Notes: generated by a model not told the origin, from the sequence alone. Positions 12,246 to 26,142 are shown, counted from the first letter of the stretch. The stretch: DNA of 64,000 nucleotides from Camelus dromedarius (GCF_036321535.1 NC_087437.1:48114001-48178000); one strand, 5' to 3'. Numbers and translations: made by a program.

Positions 12246-13925
12246 GATGGTCATTTTTGAAGCCTTAAACTAAAGACTTCTAGAGGGTTCTGAAGAGAGT
12301 GAATAAAATATCTTGGTCTTGGGGAAATAAAGCTTCAAAGGAAGCCTGAAGAAAGCAGAGGCTGAATCTTAGCTTTGAGTACAGGTGGCTTTCTGTGTTA
12401 ACCACAGACACGTAGACTTTTAGGCCTGGGAGAGACTTCAGAACATACAACCCAGTTAGGCCCCTCATTTATACAAGTGCAGAGAGCTCCAATGAATTGA
12501 CAATTCACACGCCTAGACTTCTCTTATTGTCCAGAGCAGAGCATCCCACCTAATATGTACATGAGTCATGTGGAGGTTACAGCTGGGCCAGGAGATGCCC
12601 TGATCCCTACGAGTGACCAGGCGGGGCTGTGACCAGTCATGTCTCCTTGGAGAGTGGCCTGAGAAGAGTAGGGTCTGAGGGTGCACAGCTGAAAAAAGCT
12701 GGGAAGCACTTACCCAGAGAAAGAATGAACTGATGTGATTTAGTACTGATTTCTTGTCCTATAAAATGAGGGTGGGCAAAAAAAACGATGGAACTGGTAT
12801 GATCACAGCCAAATAGGTCTCCCACAGTACAGCCCCAAAATGCTTGGCATTGGGACTCCTCAGCATTTCACAAGGTGCAGAATTTTAATTTTATTCACCA
12901 GAGTTTCAGGGAGGGGGATGAAGAATGTGCCGATTCTGGCTGGGTACCAGTCAGAGCTGGGGACTTGGCCATGCCTCCCAGGGAGTGTGTACAGAGGGGA
13001 CAGTCAAGTCCAAGGAGCCTGGACTTTGGGTGAGAGTGGGCAGAGATGGATAAGAACAGAGTAGGGAGGAGGGGGAAGGGCAGGAAGGGAGGAGGAAGAG
13101 AGAGCGAGAGAAGTTGGAGATTGATTTTAGTAATTCCTGTGAATGGGGAGGTTTAAGGAGACGGAAAGAGATACACTGTTGAGAGATTTTCTGTGTGAGG
13201 TGTTGTGAGTCCCCACCCCCAACACCCCGCCCCAGTCACCACTGTCAGGAAACTTCATTAATGCTCTGCAGGATTCTTCAAAGCTACGGCATCTGACTGC
13301 CGTTTCTTTGAAATGACACTAGATTGGACTGTGTGGGGCTCCAGTTCTATGCAGGTAAGATGCTCTCTATATAGGATTCATTTCCTTCTAAAGGAACAGC
13401 AACCTTAATGCTCCATTTTTATTCTGCCAATATTTTTAGAGCAAACTAGAACTCCTTAAGAATGGCATGGAGTCAATCCTCAGAGACTTAATTTAGAGAA
13501 ATTTCTCCCACATTTATTGAAGATTAAAGAAACTAATACATTTGTACAGTAGTGTGAGCTCATTATTTTAGTACAAAGAATGATCTTCTAGCACCCAAGA
13601 GAAATAAGTGACTTAGTACCGCTGTGTTTAGAGGCTCTAAGATGTAAAAGATGAAAGGGAAGGAGTATTAGCAACCTTCTCTCTTTCCCCAGATCATTTA
13701 CTGAGTGCTTACTAGGTGCCAGATGCTATGGAGACAGGATGGATGAAGAAGAGATAATCAACGGTCCTCACACTTGGGGAGACGGAAGTCATGACTGACA
13801 CAGTGGATAAAATACAGTGTGAAAAATGACATCTGGTAGAAGTGTGCCAAGACTGGGACACAGGATCAGAAGTGCCCTTTATTACTTATTGTAGGCCAAG
13901 TGGCACTGTAAACATTAAAGACGGG

Positions 13926-14243
13926 TTTATTTTATTGCGGTAAAATATGCATAACATAGGGCAGCACTTGCCATTTCAGCCATTTTTAAGTGTACAGCTC
14001 AGTGGCATCAAGTATATTCAAACTGTTGTGCAGCCATCACCACTGTCTCTCTCCTCAACTCTGTCATCTTCCCAAACTAAAACTCTGTACCCATTAAACA
14101 CTAATCTGCGTCCCCTCCCCCCCAAGTGCCTGGCAACCACCATTCTTTCCGTCTCTGTGGACTTGACTGCTCTAGATTCTTCCTATACGTGGACACATAC
14201 AATGTTTGTCCTCCTGTGTCTGGCTTATTTCACTGAGTATAAC
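13926..14243 (-). mobile_element. L1MB-like 3' end
   Basis: ttttaagtgtacagctcagtggcat...cctggcaaccaccattct...tggcttatttcact. Confidence 0.85.
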
Positions 14244-14264
14244 TTTATGGTAAGCATTTAACTG

Positions 14265-14425
14265 CAGTATTCATGTGATTTTTACACCTCTGTTGGGTTG
14301 GTAGCATTTCTACCATTTTACAGATGAGATCATTGATGATCGGAGAGTTACTGGCTCAAAAATCAGATAATCAACAGCAAAGCTGGGATTTGAACCCTGG
14401 TCTGCGTGGTGCTAAAGCCTTTGCT
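14265..14425 (-). mobile_element. MIR
   Basis: ccattttacagatgag...gctgggatttgaaccc. Confidence 0.8.
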
Positions 14426-14789
14426 ACAACACTGATTCATCCCCTAGGGAAGAGGGGGGCGTCAGGGGAGCTACAAAAATTCAGTCAACCAACCAAACCA
14501 CCAACCCACCCAGAGCTTTCTGATACAGCTCACACTAGTTATAGGATTAGGAATCCCTCCCTTTGGAAGTAACAAGGTTATTAATCAGTTATTTCAGAAA
14601 GAAGGTTGACAAGAGGAAGAGGGTCTAAGGTTCACTCCGCTTTTCACAACTGGGAGAAAAACCAGTTGTGGTAAATACATCTATTACCATATGGAATCCT
14701 CCCAGAAAGTGCCTGCCAGACTGCAGATAATTGTAACAGCCTTTTATGTAGCTCCAAACAAACAAGAGCCACATTTTCCCTCCCAGGAC

Positions 14790-15000
14790 TCCTTTCTGAG
14801 GCGGATACTTTACAGGTTCGGACCTTTTAGAGCCCGCCACGCTGGAGCCGGAGGAGGGCCGCTCCCAGGGCAGCGCACAGCAGGCTGCTTGGGAGAGGGA
14901 TGTGTCCGGGAGCGAGAGCAAAGACAGTACTCAGGGGTCGGGGTCGGGGTCGGGGTCGCAGTGACCATCGGCGCGCCTGGAGCCTCTGACTGCCGCCTCT
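14790..15000. promoter_or_regulatory. Small intronic CpG-rich island with (GGGGTC)4
   Basis: About 18 CpGs in about 210 nt within a CpG-depleted background; not recognisable as a repeat. Confidence 0.55.
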
Positions 15001-15344
15001 TTGCCTGTGCCCAAAGCCCTCAGCTCTCACCTCAGAGTGATGAAATCCCCTCCCCTCGGAATCTCCTTGTCCTCACCTGCCTCATGCTGCACCCAGATTC
15101 CCTCTCCCTACTCAGGCCCAGGAGACGGATGGTTTCCCCAAGCTCCTGCTTTCCCTGGGGTGCACACATTGAGGGTGACGGGCAGGGACAAGGCTCATCT
15201 CCCAGCCTAGCCTCCCAGACACCACACCCTGCTTTAGCCCCTGGAGGCAGGCTGCCTCCTGTGATAGGAGCTAGAACAATCAAAAGACACAGCGTTAGGC
15301 TGACCTTTTCTTTTTCTCCCCATTCTGCCCGTTTATGTTAATTA

Positions 15345-15570
15345 CAGCAGCTATAATGGAAAGAGCATAACATTTTAGCATCAGGAGGCCTGGGTTCCAA
15401 GTCTGTCTCTATTAGTTACAAGCTGGGTATCTCTGAACAATGCACTAATGTCCCCTGAACTCGACTTTTCTCACCTGTCAAATGGGGATAATAATACTGA
15501 CATCCAGGGTTGTTGTGTAACAATCAAAGTGTAGAACACATACCAAAGCACTTGCAAAAATAAAGCACTA
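15345..15570 (+). mobile_element. MIR
   Basis: cctgggttccaag...ctcacctgtcaaatggggataataat. Confidence 0.8.
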
Positions 15571-18399
15571 TGAAAGAGGTTTTTTTTCTTACTGTATTTA
15601 CTTTTAGGACCATACTTAATTTTCTATTTATGGCGCATGAAGGTGACCCTGAATACAAAGCAATATCTTTGTATTAAGTTAGCTCCACCATCAGCATTTG
15701 TATTGTGTGGCCACTGACTGTATGCCCAGTGGTCACCTTGGCAGTGGGGAGGGGAAACAAATCATCCCATCTTTTAGCACAGAGATAGCCAAGCCAATAC
15801 TTACTCCTTACATAAATGAGTGAATTGTTCATTTGTTGCACAATGAATCACATCTACTTCCTCATTTCCTAAAATGAAATCACCTAATGAATTGGATGAA
15901 CAAAGATGAAAACTGGCTTTTAATTCATTTATTCAAAGTATTTAAATGTGTAACAATTAGCCTGCAGTAAATTACTGTGAGGAGAACAGAAACTCATGTT
16001 CAATTAGTCAAATTCTTTGCTATAGTGTTTAGACATAGAAACTCAGTTTCTGCCCACTGAGGCTAATTCTCTGGGAAGCGGAATGCAATCTGAATTCTGT
16101 GAGCGATGATTCTTCCACCATGTGAAGAATCCCAAAAAGACAGATGAGGTGGTGCATGCAAAGCATGTGACATCTGTGGCCCACTGCTGTCATTATGGAT
16201 GAGAAGGAAAAACAAGGCTTGAATTCTTAGATGCTTAAGTCAGACAAATGTCTCTTGAAGGGCTCAGTCACAATTCTCAACACAATGCTTAATTCTACCA
16301 ATTCTAGATCTCCAACTCCTTTCTCCTTTCTCCATCAACTATTCAAATTCCCTGGGCAAAGCCGAAAGAAACAGGACCAGATAAGGCTTTCTGGTAAAAC
16401 TGGGTAACTCAAATATTTAGCACAAGAGATGCTTAATTTCAGTGGGACTCTCAATAAACTTTCCAGAAGAATACGTCCTCCCCCCAAAACTATAATGACT
16501 GAAAAATTTGTAAATGTAAGCCACTCAAATTACAGTTATGAATGCACACTTATGAACACACAGCCTACTTTTCCATATAAAAATAAGTCATAATATCAAT
16601 ATCTTTCATCAGGAGTTATTCCAAATTTTATAGACTAGAGAGAATACACCAGAAATTTTAGAAATATAAGTCCACATCAGTTCCTGTTGGAAGAGCAGCT
16701 ATTAACTTGGACAACAGCAGGTTGCTGCCTTCAGAGATGCATGGGAGATGCGATGTTTGTACTCAACTCAGCCTCCTAAGAAGAAACTTTTATTCAACAA
16801 GAATCAAAAGACTCTGGTCCCTGCTAGAAGAGCTGGAGCAGTCTGGGAACCTGAGTTCAAATCTAGTCTTGAATACTCAGGCAGTTTCCTTAGCCTCTCA
16901 GGCTGAGGGGTCATCATTTGTGAGAACGAGGGTACAACTGCTCATCTTACAGTGCTGCTGCGTGGGTTAGATGAAACGCCTGAAAGATCTAGCACGGCCT
17001 GGCCTGTGCCAGGGGCTTAATCAGTACCAGTTGCCCTTCCTCTTCCCTTCCCCTTCCTCTAGTTTAGTTAATTATGCTCTTCAAATGATCATATCCCATG
17101 TTAGACTGGTATATTGAGTTTATAAGCCAATTCTTGTAAATCTTAAAAGATTTCAACTTATGCCAATTTTAAGGCACAGTTAACAATTTTTCTGCTATTT
17201 ATCAAGAAAGGAACACAAACTTATTGAGCACCTGTGACACACTCATAACAATCTGCAAGCTCCATTTCTATACATGCAGAAACAGGAACCCGCTGAAATG
17301 AAGGGAAATGCAAGATTACAAAACTAGTAAGTGGCAGGATCAGGACTTAAACTCATATCTCATAAGCTCTCCCTCTATGTCCTCTTCACAATGCAAGACT
17401 GCCTCTCAATATGTTTGTTTCTTGGTATTTTACTGTAATGCTGACCTCAAAGTCACATTTGAAATGAGAAAAGGTGTGCAGTGCTTGCACTCAGAACATC
17501 TCCTACCTTATTTTCTGCTTTAGAAATGACAGAGTGAAAAACTTAAGACAATTTGCAACTGGCTCCCTTAGGATTTGATTGGATGGGAACAAGTTAACTG
17601 CTGTCCTTGTATCACAACCCCAGGAACCAGGGAGGGGCTGGTGAATGGGAGTTCTTAGGTTGCTTTGCTTTTTCTTGTTGTGGTTTGGCCAGTGTGCAGC
17701 GGGCTAATGCTGGAGCGCTGGGACACCAGGGCTGGGACAGATTTCCTGAGTGATGACTCAGGATTCCAAGCTGGTGTCCCCACTGAGGGAGGATATTTGG
17801 CACAGTCATTAAAAGCACAGACTTTTAATTTCAGTTAAAGTCCTCTCTCTATCACTCACTCTCTTGTGCCCTTGAACAAGTATCTCAATCTCGCTAAGTC
17901 TCAATATCCTCATCTTTTAACTGGGGTTAATGGCACTACTTCTCAAGGTTATGACAAAAGTTAAAGGACAAATGTATATAAACCTGCTAATGCGACACCG
18001 GGCTAGTGAGGACTGCAGCCTCCTCCACCAGGGTCCTGCATCTTGACAGTTCCCACAGTGCCCAGCACAGTGCATGGCACATACTAAAGGCTCAGTAAAT
18101 GTTTAACAGAACAGTACCTTCTGTCCCTGGGGAGGAGCTTTTCTTTAGGAGTGCTGCAGCATTCTCTCTGCTCAGCACCCTGTTCTTCTGGTGCAGAGTT
18201 CCTCTGCTGGGCAGCTCTGATGGCAAGGTCTATTAAACATACCAGATCAGAATCCTCCTCCTTCCTCTGTCACTCATTCATCTCAGTTATCCCACTCAAG
18301 GCCACACAGTATAGTCTTCTGCATCTTCTATGTGGTTGCAGAGTGAAATTGCATGACTATGGTATTTTTCAAAGTTGGAAAAGAGAAAAAAAACCTGAA

Positions 18400-18530
18400 A
18401 AGCTGGTGGCCCACAAGCCAAATTCAGTGTGTCTTGTTAACCTGCAATGTTTGAAAAATTCTGCATCTGAATGTTCTCACTGGGGCATCCATTTCTAGTT
18501 TGCCACAGTCCTCACCAGCCCCTACTGCAT
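18400..18530. mobile_element. MER102-like hAT fragment
   Basis: ctggtggcccacaagccaaattcag...agtttgccacagtcctcacc. Confidence 0.55.
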
Positions 18531-18589
18531 TACACACAGCTTCACTCTTTTAAACGGCCTACCCTCTCCCCTACCTCTGATTTTATGGC

Positions 18590-18815
18590 GCAGGGTGAGC
18601 ACAAAGAGGAAGTGTTTTGAAATCACAATGATCTGAACTTGAATCCAGGCTCTTCCTGGCTGTACGATACAGGGTAAGTGGACTAGCCCCCATGAATCAC
18701 AGTTTCCTCAATAGTAGACAGGTTGCTCTCACCTGCTTTGCAAGATTGCTGTGAAGATTAAATGAAATAGTGCCTAGAACAGTGCTGGGCACAGGCAGGG
18801 ACTTAGGAAATACAA
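18590..18815 (+). mobile_element. MIR
   Basis: ttgaatccaggctct...cagtttcctca...gtgaagattaaatga...agaacagtgctgggcaca. Confidence 0.8.
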
Positions 18816-19059
18816 ATTCACTGGACAACAGCTCTTAATCTTCCCACAGAAATTCCTTGTTTACAGGTCCAACATGGAGACTGAAGAAAGAAATATTAGA
18901 GATGAAAAAGTTGGGTGAGGAACTATGTTGGAATAGAATTAAGAAGAAGATAAAACAACCAGTTCCCAAAGCACACATGGACTCTTAACTACTCCAAGCA
19001 GGGTCAGTAACAGGGTTTCAATGGCTACTGAAAAGGCAGAAGCCCAGGGTGAGGTGAGC

Positions 19060-19187
19060 CAGAGCTGAGCCCAACTCCAGACCAATTAAGTCAGAAATCC
19101 TGTAGGTGGGACCCAAGCATCAGTCTTTTTTTTTTTAAAAAAAGGCCTCAGGCTGTGTCAGCGTGCAGCTCTGATTAAGAACCCAGG
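19060..19187. mobile_element. MER5B-like fragment
   Basis: ccagaccaattaagtcagaa...ggtgggacccaagcatcagt...ttaagaacc. Confidence 0.7.
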
Positions 19188-19714
19188 AGCTGGAGGCTTT
19201 CCCACCAACACAGTACACAGCACCAGAAAGACTTTCCAATTAGTGGAGGCAGCTTTTGCCAATTCAGGCTCTCCTGGACACCAGGGGCCACTTCTAAACT
19301 GTGCGAAACAGAGCTGGGATATACAAGGATTTTTGCACTGACAGAAAGAGAAGGATGAATGAGCAATATCTGACATGAATTATTATTTCTGTGGGCCAGT
19401 GTCAGCAGCAGAGGGTACGCATTGAGCAGCCCCTGGCTGTGTGGGGTTTCATGGTATTTGAGAAATGGACCTCCTCCTTTGGGGATTTTCAATTGGGTAG
19501 GAGCTCTCACAAACTAAGGAGCAGGTCAGACGTGGCAAATCCCTTACTGAGGCATCGAGAAAGTGCACTCATTTGACAAACTGGTAGTGTCTTCCTCAGA
19601 TCCATGCACTAGGTATATTTGTCTATTAGAAATGGGGTTGAAATTCCCAGGCATTTAAAAATGTTTTAAGTCTTAAACTTAAAAGGTGATTAGTAGTTAT
19701 TAGTAGTTATATTA

Positions 19715-19900
19715 TTATACTTGACATTAATTGATCACCTACCATGTGCCAAGGATACACTATTTCTAACTCTCATGCCAACTACATGAGGCAGGCATGA
19801 CTATTCTCATTCAAAGAAAACTTTTAGGGAGGTTAAGAAACTTGTCCATAATCACAGCCAGAAAGTGGCCAAGTCAGGATTAAAACCCAGGTTTGTTGAA
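19715..19900 (-). mobile_element. MIR
   Basis: cacctaccatgtgcca...gaggttaagaaacttgtcc...aacccagg. Confidence 0.75.
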
Positions 19901-22900
19901 ACACTTATTCTATTCAGTTGCTTGATTCTCTGAAACAAACCAGAAAAAATATAGAATACTGATATTAAGTAAACAGCATTCTTTGCCTGTAGTTCCCAAT
20001 TTTTTACAATAACTATATTTTACATGTTATAATCTGGAGTTTTTTTTTTTTTGAGGAAGGAAAAACTAAATGCTAAGTACAGGGATCAGATCTATTATTT
20101 AGAACTCTGTTATTAATCAGATGCTTTTTCTGAATTAGAAGCATTAACATCCAGGAATAAATAGAAATGTACTCAACTTTTCATAATTATAAGTACATTT
20201 TATGCATTTATATTTCAGAGCAAGGGACCTGGAAGTTCAGTCCACTTTTTCATGATGGTCTTTGCATCTGAGACACTGACACCTCCTAAAGTTATTAAAC
20301 CATCAAACTTCACAAAGGAAGAGGCAGACAGAACCCTGATGCAATCCTTATTTAGCAAACTGTCTTCCTTCCTGTAGGATTTTAGCTTCTGTTTGGTCTT
20401 TTTCTAAAGCATCTGCTAAAAACAGCTGGGCTTCCCTCTCTCCTGTTTATGGTCAGTAAGGTGAGAAGTTATGAGGAGGAAAATTAGAATTTGGAAATGG
20501 GTGCTGACAGAGTTGTCATCTCACCAGAGAAGATGAATGAGGAGACAAACAGGAACGCAGCACGGGAGAAATACAATTAGGTGTGCGGAGCCCAGGAGAG
20601 AATCAGAGCTCAGCGAAATTTCCTCCCTGCAGGAGTTACCAATTCAATCCTGGGAAATTATAAATGATGCTACCACTCTTAAAGCTGGGTAGGTGCAGGC
20701 TACATTTCTCACCTTCTCTCTCATCCCTCAGCCCCACCAGCTGCTGATAAAACAAAGTACCAAACAAAAGGAATGCCTACCTCAGATGTTCCCTCTATGG
20801 AAGCACAGGACTCTTTTATTAATCTGCAGCCACTAAAGCTATTAATGCTCATTGTTAAAATGCACTTTTAACACAATTATACAAACTGGCAACTAAGAAG
20901 TTTTTAAGAAACATTTTTGCTGATGTTGATTTTAAACACAAGCAATCAGTATATCTAGATTCATGGCAAGAGACTTTAATAATATTTAAAGGCCACACAA
21001 ACAGTAAGCAGACCCTACCACTAGCTTTTTTGCTTCTAATTCCATTATATCTCTTCTATTTAGAGGAAACACATGGCTTTATTGATAGCTGATGTTTGGA
21101 AGAACACTATTTCAGCTTGATTAGTTATACATAGCTTTCTCATTTTTTTACTTTTAGTCAGTTTGGTTGTATTTTATTTTTAAAAATTGTTTTTGGGAGA
21201 ATTAATGAATTACCAAATACAGAACTGGAAAGGACAGACAAGTAGTTTAAAAATCACTTATTATTCCAGCATTCAGAGATAATCACCTTTAATAAATTAG
21301 AATGTTTCCATAGAGTCTTTTTTGCTAAGCATGTTTTAACACAGTTGGATCTTTCCAAATTTTTATCTTGCATTTGTGTTTTGCTTAATATGTTGCAAGC
21401 ATTTTTTTAATGCCAGTATAAATTCTGTTAGCATGATTATAGCTAAAAGTGGGCAAGGGACTCAAAATATCCCCAATGGTAAAATATTTTGCACAGGTAA
21501 CCCCCTTTATCTACCTTAATCTTCTGGAAAAACTATGAAATTAAAAAGGGCTTTTGTGTTTCCCAACAGTGTTCATTCCATAGGTCCTAGAAGAGATATG
21601 AGGGGTAATCTCATCTGGCTATTGAGGAAATTTGCTGCTTCTTAAGTTCCGAAGACATTTCTTTTTTTGTTCTTTGTACCTGCCTTGGATAGCTTTATTG
21701 TTTAAGTTCTACAAGAACAAGCTCAAGAGTTAACTTTCAGTAAAAAAAAAAATCTGTCATGAATATAGGAGCTTTGGTGCCAAGAACGCGAGGAAAGCCT
21801 GGTGAAGTGAGCCATTTTTCCCATTTATCTTGAGGTCAGTTATGAGAAAAATAAAGGCATAGTTGTGTGCAAACTAGGAAACAGGACACTACATTCTTCA
21901 TTTCTATTTGTTTCTTGTGTTTCCAGAGAAACCTTTGCCTGTGCAACTCCATTATTCAGCACTCGGCTTCTTCCAAATAATCTCTAAGTAGGGACTGGCA
22001 GTTCTGAAGCAGGTGTCCAGCAGGAGCTTTGTTTTGACCCTGACACAGTCCCATCTTTCTCTTTGCTGTCTGTGACTTAAAAAAATTCTTTTTAAAGAAG
22101 GCTCCCATGGGTGCTAAGTAATATACAGCAACTAATGATGGTATCTTTAAACAAAATGTTGTGCAGTTTAATTTTCTTGATGCCTTGTGGGAAGGCAGTT
22201 GGCAGGAAGAGCATGGGCTTTTGAGGCAAACTTTATTTTAATTCCATTTTTGCTGCTTTACTAGTTATGTGACACTTTTCAAGTTTCTCAACCCTTCTCA
22301 GCCTTGGGTCCTCCCTCCCCCCCAGATTGTTGTCTGGCACATAGTAGGTGCACAACAATGTTAATTCCCTTTATTCCCACCCCTCCCCAACTCCTGTCAT
22401 AACAAAACTAAATTGGACATTTGGGAAATTAAAGTTTGATCCACCCAACTCTACCAATCTCATCTACTTATGCATGTGCTTATGCATGTGCTTAAAATGA
22501 ACTCTGCCCAAGCTGACATAACTAAATTTCTCTGCACCCTGTCCCCAAATCTGGCCTCAACATGAACTTAAAACCTCATATATATGTTTTTATGGATTTG
22601 TTTTTTTCCTTACTGATGGGCAGGAAGTTCTGAGGAAGCTGATTGAGGGCCTTACTTGTGATGTCAGAAGTAGATTTCTAAAGAAGGAAGAATAATAAAA
22701 ACTCACTGGTGGTTACTACTCTTTCATACCAGTATACTCTGAAATAATTGTTCCAAAGACAGTTGATTGATAGAGGGTCTGATTCTCTTCAAAGGTATAC
22801 AGAGAGGTTCTAAATGTCATCTTACTTTGGGAGAGTTCTCCTTTTCTTTGGCACTTTGCTGAAGCTAATTAGGTTTCTCCATTTTGAGAGATATTATGTG

Positions 22901-25452
22901 ACTCTTCTGCTAAAGACTCATAATGAGCTCTGCATGCTTTTCATTTTTATTTTAAAGAAGGCTCGGGTGTTAACAAAATTCATCTAAGAGGGCTTTTTCT
23001 AGTCTGGGGGACAGATACATTGTTTTTACTTGGAATATGCAATTTCTTGACTACTAAATAAAGTTTGGAAGCCTCAGCATAAGTTTTGCTTCTCCAGGAA
23101 AAAATTTTGCTCATTAAAAAAAAGAGAATCAGTAGTGATAAAAATACTAAAGTTACTTCTCTAGAACTATTTATCATGTCATCTTTTCAAGACAGTTGAA
23201 AAACAAATATGAAAGCTTATACACTTTTTCTCTTTATGATTAGAAAGTTATCAAAAGAATTATTCAAAAAGAAATGCAATATAATTCTGTCACTTGTAAA
23301 TTCATAAAATTAAGCCACACTTTGCCTCCCTCCCTAGTATTACTGATCTAAAAATAATAGTTCTAGATGTGTTCATTTTTCTACAGGGGATCTCATCTTA
23401 AAATTACTGTTTAACACAAGAGATTGATTCATAACCACAGGGTCTTAGTGAGTGGCTTCCTTAAAGATGATACCATTTTGGATTTATTCACAGGAAGTAA
23501 TCCTCTTGAGTGGCTCAGATGATTTTTTTGTTTGTTTGTTTGTTTTCTTTAAGAAATTCTTCCAGAATTCTTGTGAGATAGAAGTAGGAAAATATTATCA
23601 CTTTGCTGATAGGGACATCGAGGCTTAGAGATTTATTCAAGGTCAAGGAGAAAGTCATTGGCAAAGCCAGAAACTTGAATACGAGCATCCTCACTGGTAT
23701 TTTAGCTCTGCTAAAATAACTTCCTGTACTCTTTGGATCTGCATTAATGTAAGAGTTTTGCATTTTGGAACACAAGCAAAAATTTAAAAATCTAGAATGT
23801 TTACAAAAGACTATATATTCTAAAATGCATTCACAATGATTTATTTTTATCATTGCCTTTCAATATGAAGAAGTCATAGGACTTAATTCTATTACTCCAC
23901 TCATATAAGTTGCTTAGACTTCAATATAGGTCTTATATATTATATATAGGTCTACATATATATTTTTGGCATAGGAATATCTTGGTGGGTCCATACATCT
24001 GTGTCCTCAATGCATATGGTACCATAGTAAATTATATCCCAAGTTATTTTTGGCTCTAACAATATTTAGTCAATTTCCCTTCTCAGCAAACTTAAAAATT
24101 CAAGCAAACCAAATTTATGCAAATCCATGTTTGTGATTCGGCTGTGGTCAGCCTCAGGAAGCAGAATCCTGTATAACTGCCATGTAGGATGTGATTTAAA
24201 CTTGAGGTTTTAGAACAGCAGTGAAATGTGTGCGGTGGTGTCTCCAGTGACATTTAAAGGTGCAGCAGGGGTATGAAAAGACTGCAACGTGCAAATTCCC
24301 ATAAATATGCATAATTCATGGTAAATCAGTATATGTCTAATCATAGCAACGTACATGATTTTCTTGTAATCCCTTCCTTTCCTTTTTAATTTGATAACTT
24401 GCACCCTGAAAGGAGGGAAAGATTTGAATGATCACACACAAGCCAGGGAAAGCTGTGGGGAAAAAAATGCCTAAGGATCACTTTGATTCAATATAAGGCA
24501 ACCATTAAAATGATGTTTATAAAAACTAAATAATGATGTGGAAGAAAGGAGACTGGCATAATGTTACATTGATAGGCAGATACAAAATTTAATGCATACC
24601 AACTGCAACTATGCAAAAAAATTTAAATTATGCTTATGACTATGCAAAAATGGGAGAGGATGTAAAATGAAGAGTCCTTGGGAGCCATGGGTGGTACTTT
24701 TTATCTTGTTCAAAGTTTCTGATGGGGGTTTTGCATACTCATAAGCATAGTAACCAGTAAGATGGGACCTCCCAGGGTGACTGTCAGCCCTCTAGCCCAA
24801 CAGGTAAGGCTTTGGGAGGAAGGCTAGGCGCTGCTTTTGGTTGGATGCAGGCATCACCAGGACCTTGGAGGGGCAGAGTTGTGGCCAGTGAAAGTCTGAA
24901 GGGGTGGCAGAATATCAATTCTCAGACCACTTTTCCAGATGGACAGGTAGGGAGTCTGGAGCTCTGCCAACAACCCTGGATAAACTAGCTCTCCTGAACA
25001 GTTCAGGCTGAGAAGAAAGGTCAGCCCCTGTGGGGCAGACGGGCACCCAGCAAAGCGACATTTCCAGAGCACAGCAATGTACTCTTGAACAGAAAGCTAC
25101 TCAACAAATGCTGAAGCAATAGGCTTTCTTGTTTTGTTCCAGGCAGGCATGAAATTTTTCAAATGAGCACAGAGGTAATTCTAGGCACAAAGGAAGAATT
25201 TAACTTATCATGAGAAACACCTCAGATAGGATGACTCGAACACATGTAGCAATCTCAGTGCAGTACCTGCCTTTTGCTGGTTACCTTGCAAGGCTGTCTG
25301 ATCACCTGGTCCTACTATTCTGTACAGTGCAGGGTCCCAACCACCTCAGAGGTGGGCATTTATGCAAGGACTGGGCAACCGCCCTTTTTCATAGGTTTGC
25401 TTTTGGGTATGTGCGTTTATGGGTATGTGTCTACGCATTCTCTGTATCTTTC

Positions 25453-25476
25453 TTTCTCTCTCTCTCTCTCTTCCTC

Positions 25477-25527
<51 letters not shown>
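25453..25527. repeat. (CT)n and long (CA)n microsatellite
   Basis: About 23 CA units at 25481-25527. Confidence 0.95.
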
Positions 25528-25529
<2 letters not shown>

Positions 25530-25839
25530 AATACTGTCTTTTGAAGGGAGAATATTTCTTTTTCAGTTTACCCATCTTAATTGATATATGCTTTTCTTTA
25601 TCCCTGTACATCTTTCCCTTCCAAATAGAAGGGCTTTCTCAGATTTTACCCTGTTACATTCCTAGCTCAGTAAAGATAGTAACAGATCTCCTTGATAAGT
25701 CAGGGAAGCATGAGGAAAGGATAACTTCCTAACTGTGAACTCCTTGGACCCAGGGCGGTCATGTATAGCTGCACAGCCTGAGCATACAGCACATCTCCTT
25801 TTGGGAGTGCAATGCAGCAGCGGGCATAAAACTCCTGCC

Positions 25840-25975
25840 TCAGCGTGCACTGTGAAATGGGGATGATGGTACCTACATCAAGGATTTGTTGGGAGGATTA
25901 AATGAATTAACATATATAAAGTGTTTAGAATAGGGTGTAGCACATAGTAAATGCTACATAAATGTGTGTTATTAT
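25840..25975 (+). mobile_element. MIR
   Basis: ctgtgaaatggggatgatggtacctac...gaggattaaatga...gcacatagtaaatgct. Confidence 0.8.
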
Positions 25976-26142
25976 TGCCCTATTCCAAAGGACGTTGTGA
26001 ACAGGGCAGAAAAAAACAAACAAACAAAAGTAAAGTCTATTCCCAAAAAGAGGAAGGAGCGAATGGAAAAACAGAAAAATCTGAAAATCTATTGTTCTCA
26101 GGGTAAGACTGCTCATTCATTTAGTGAAAAATAAATTGCTTC

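Noticed and set aside
14691..15341. Longest ORF (216 aa, plus strand)
   Set aside because: Explained by stop-codon scarcity in GC-rich sequence and the GGGGTC repeat; no recognisable protein, and antisense to PEX5L.
25210..25732. ORFs with THTHTH or CVCVCV runs
   Set aside because: Artefacts of the (CA)n microsatellite.
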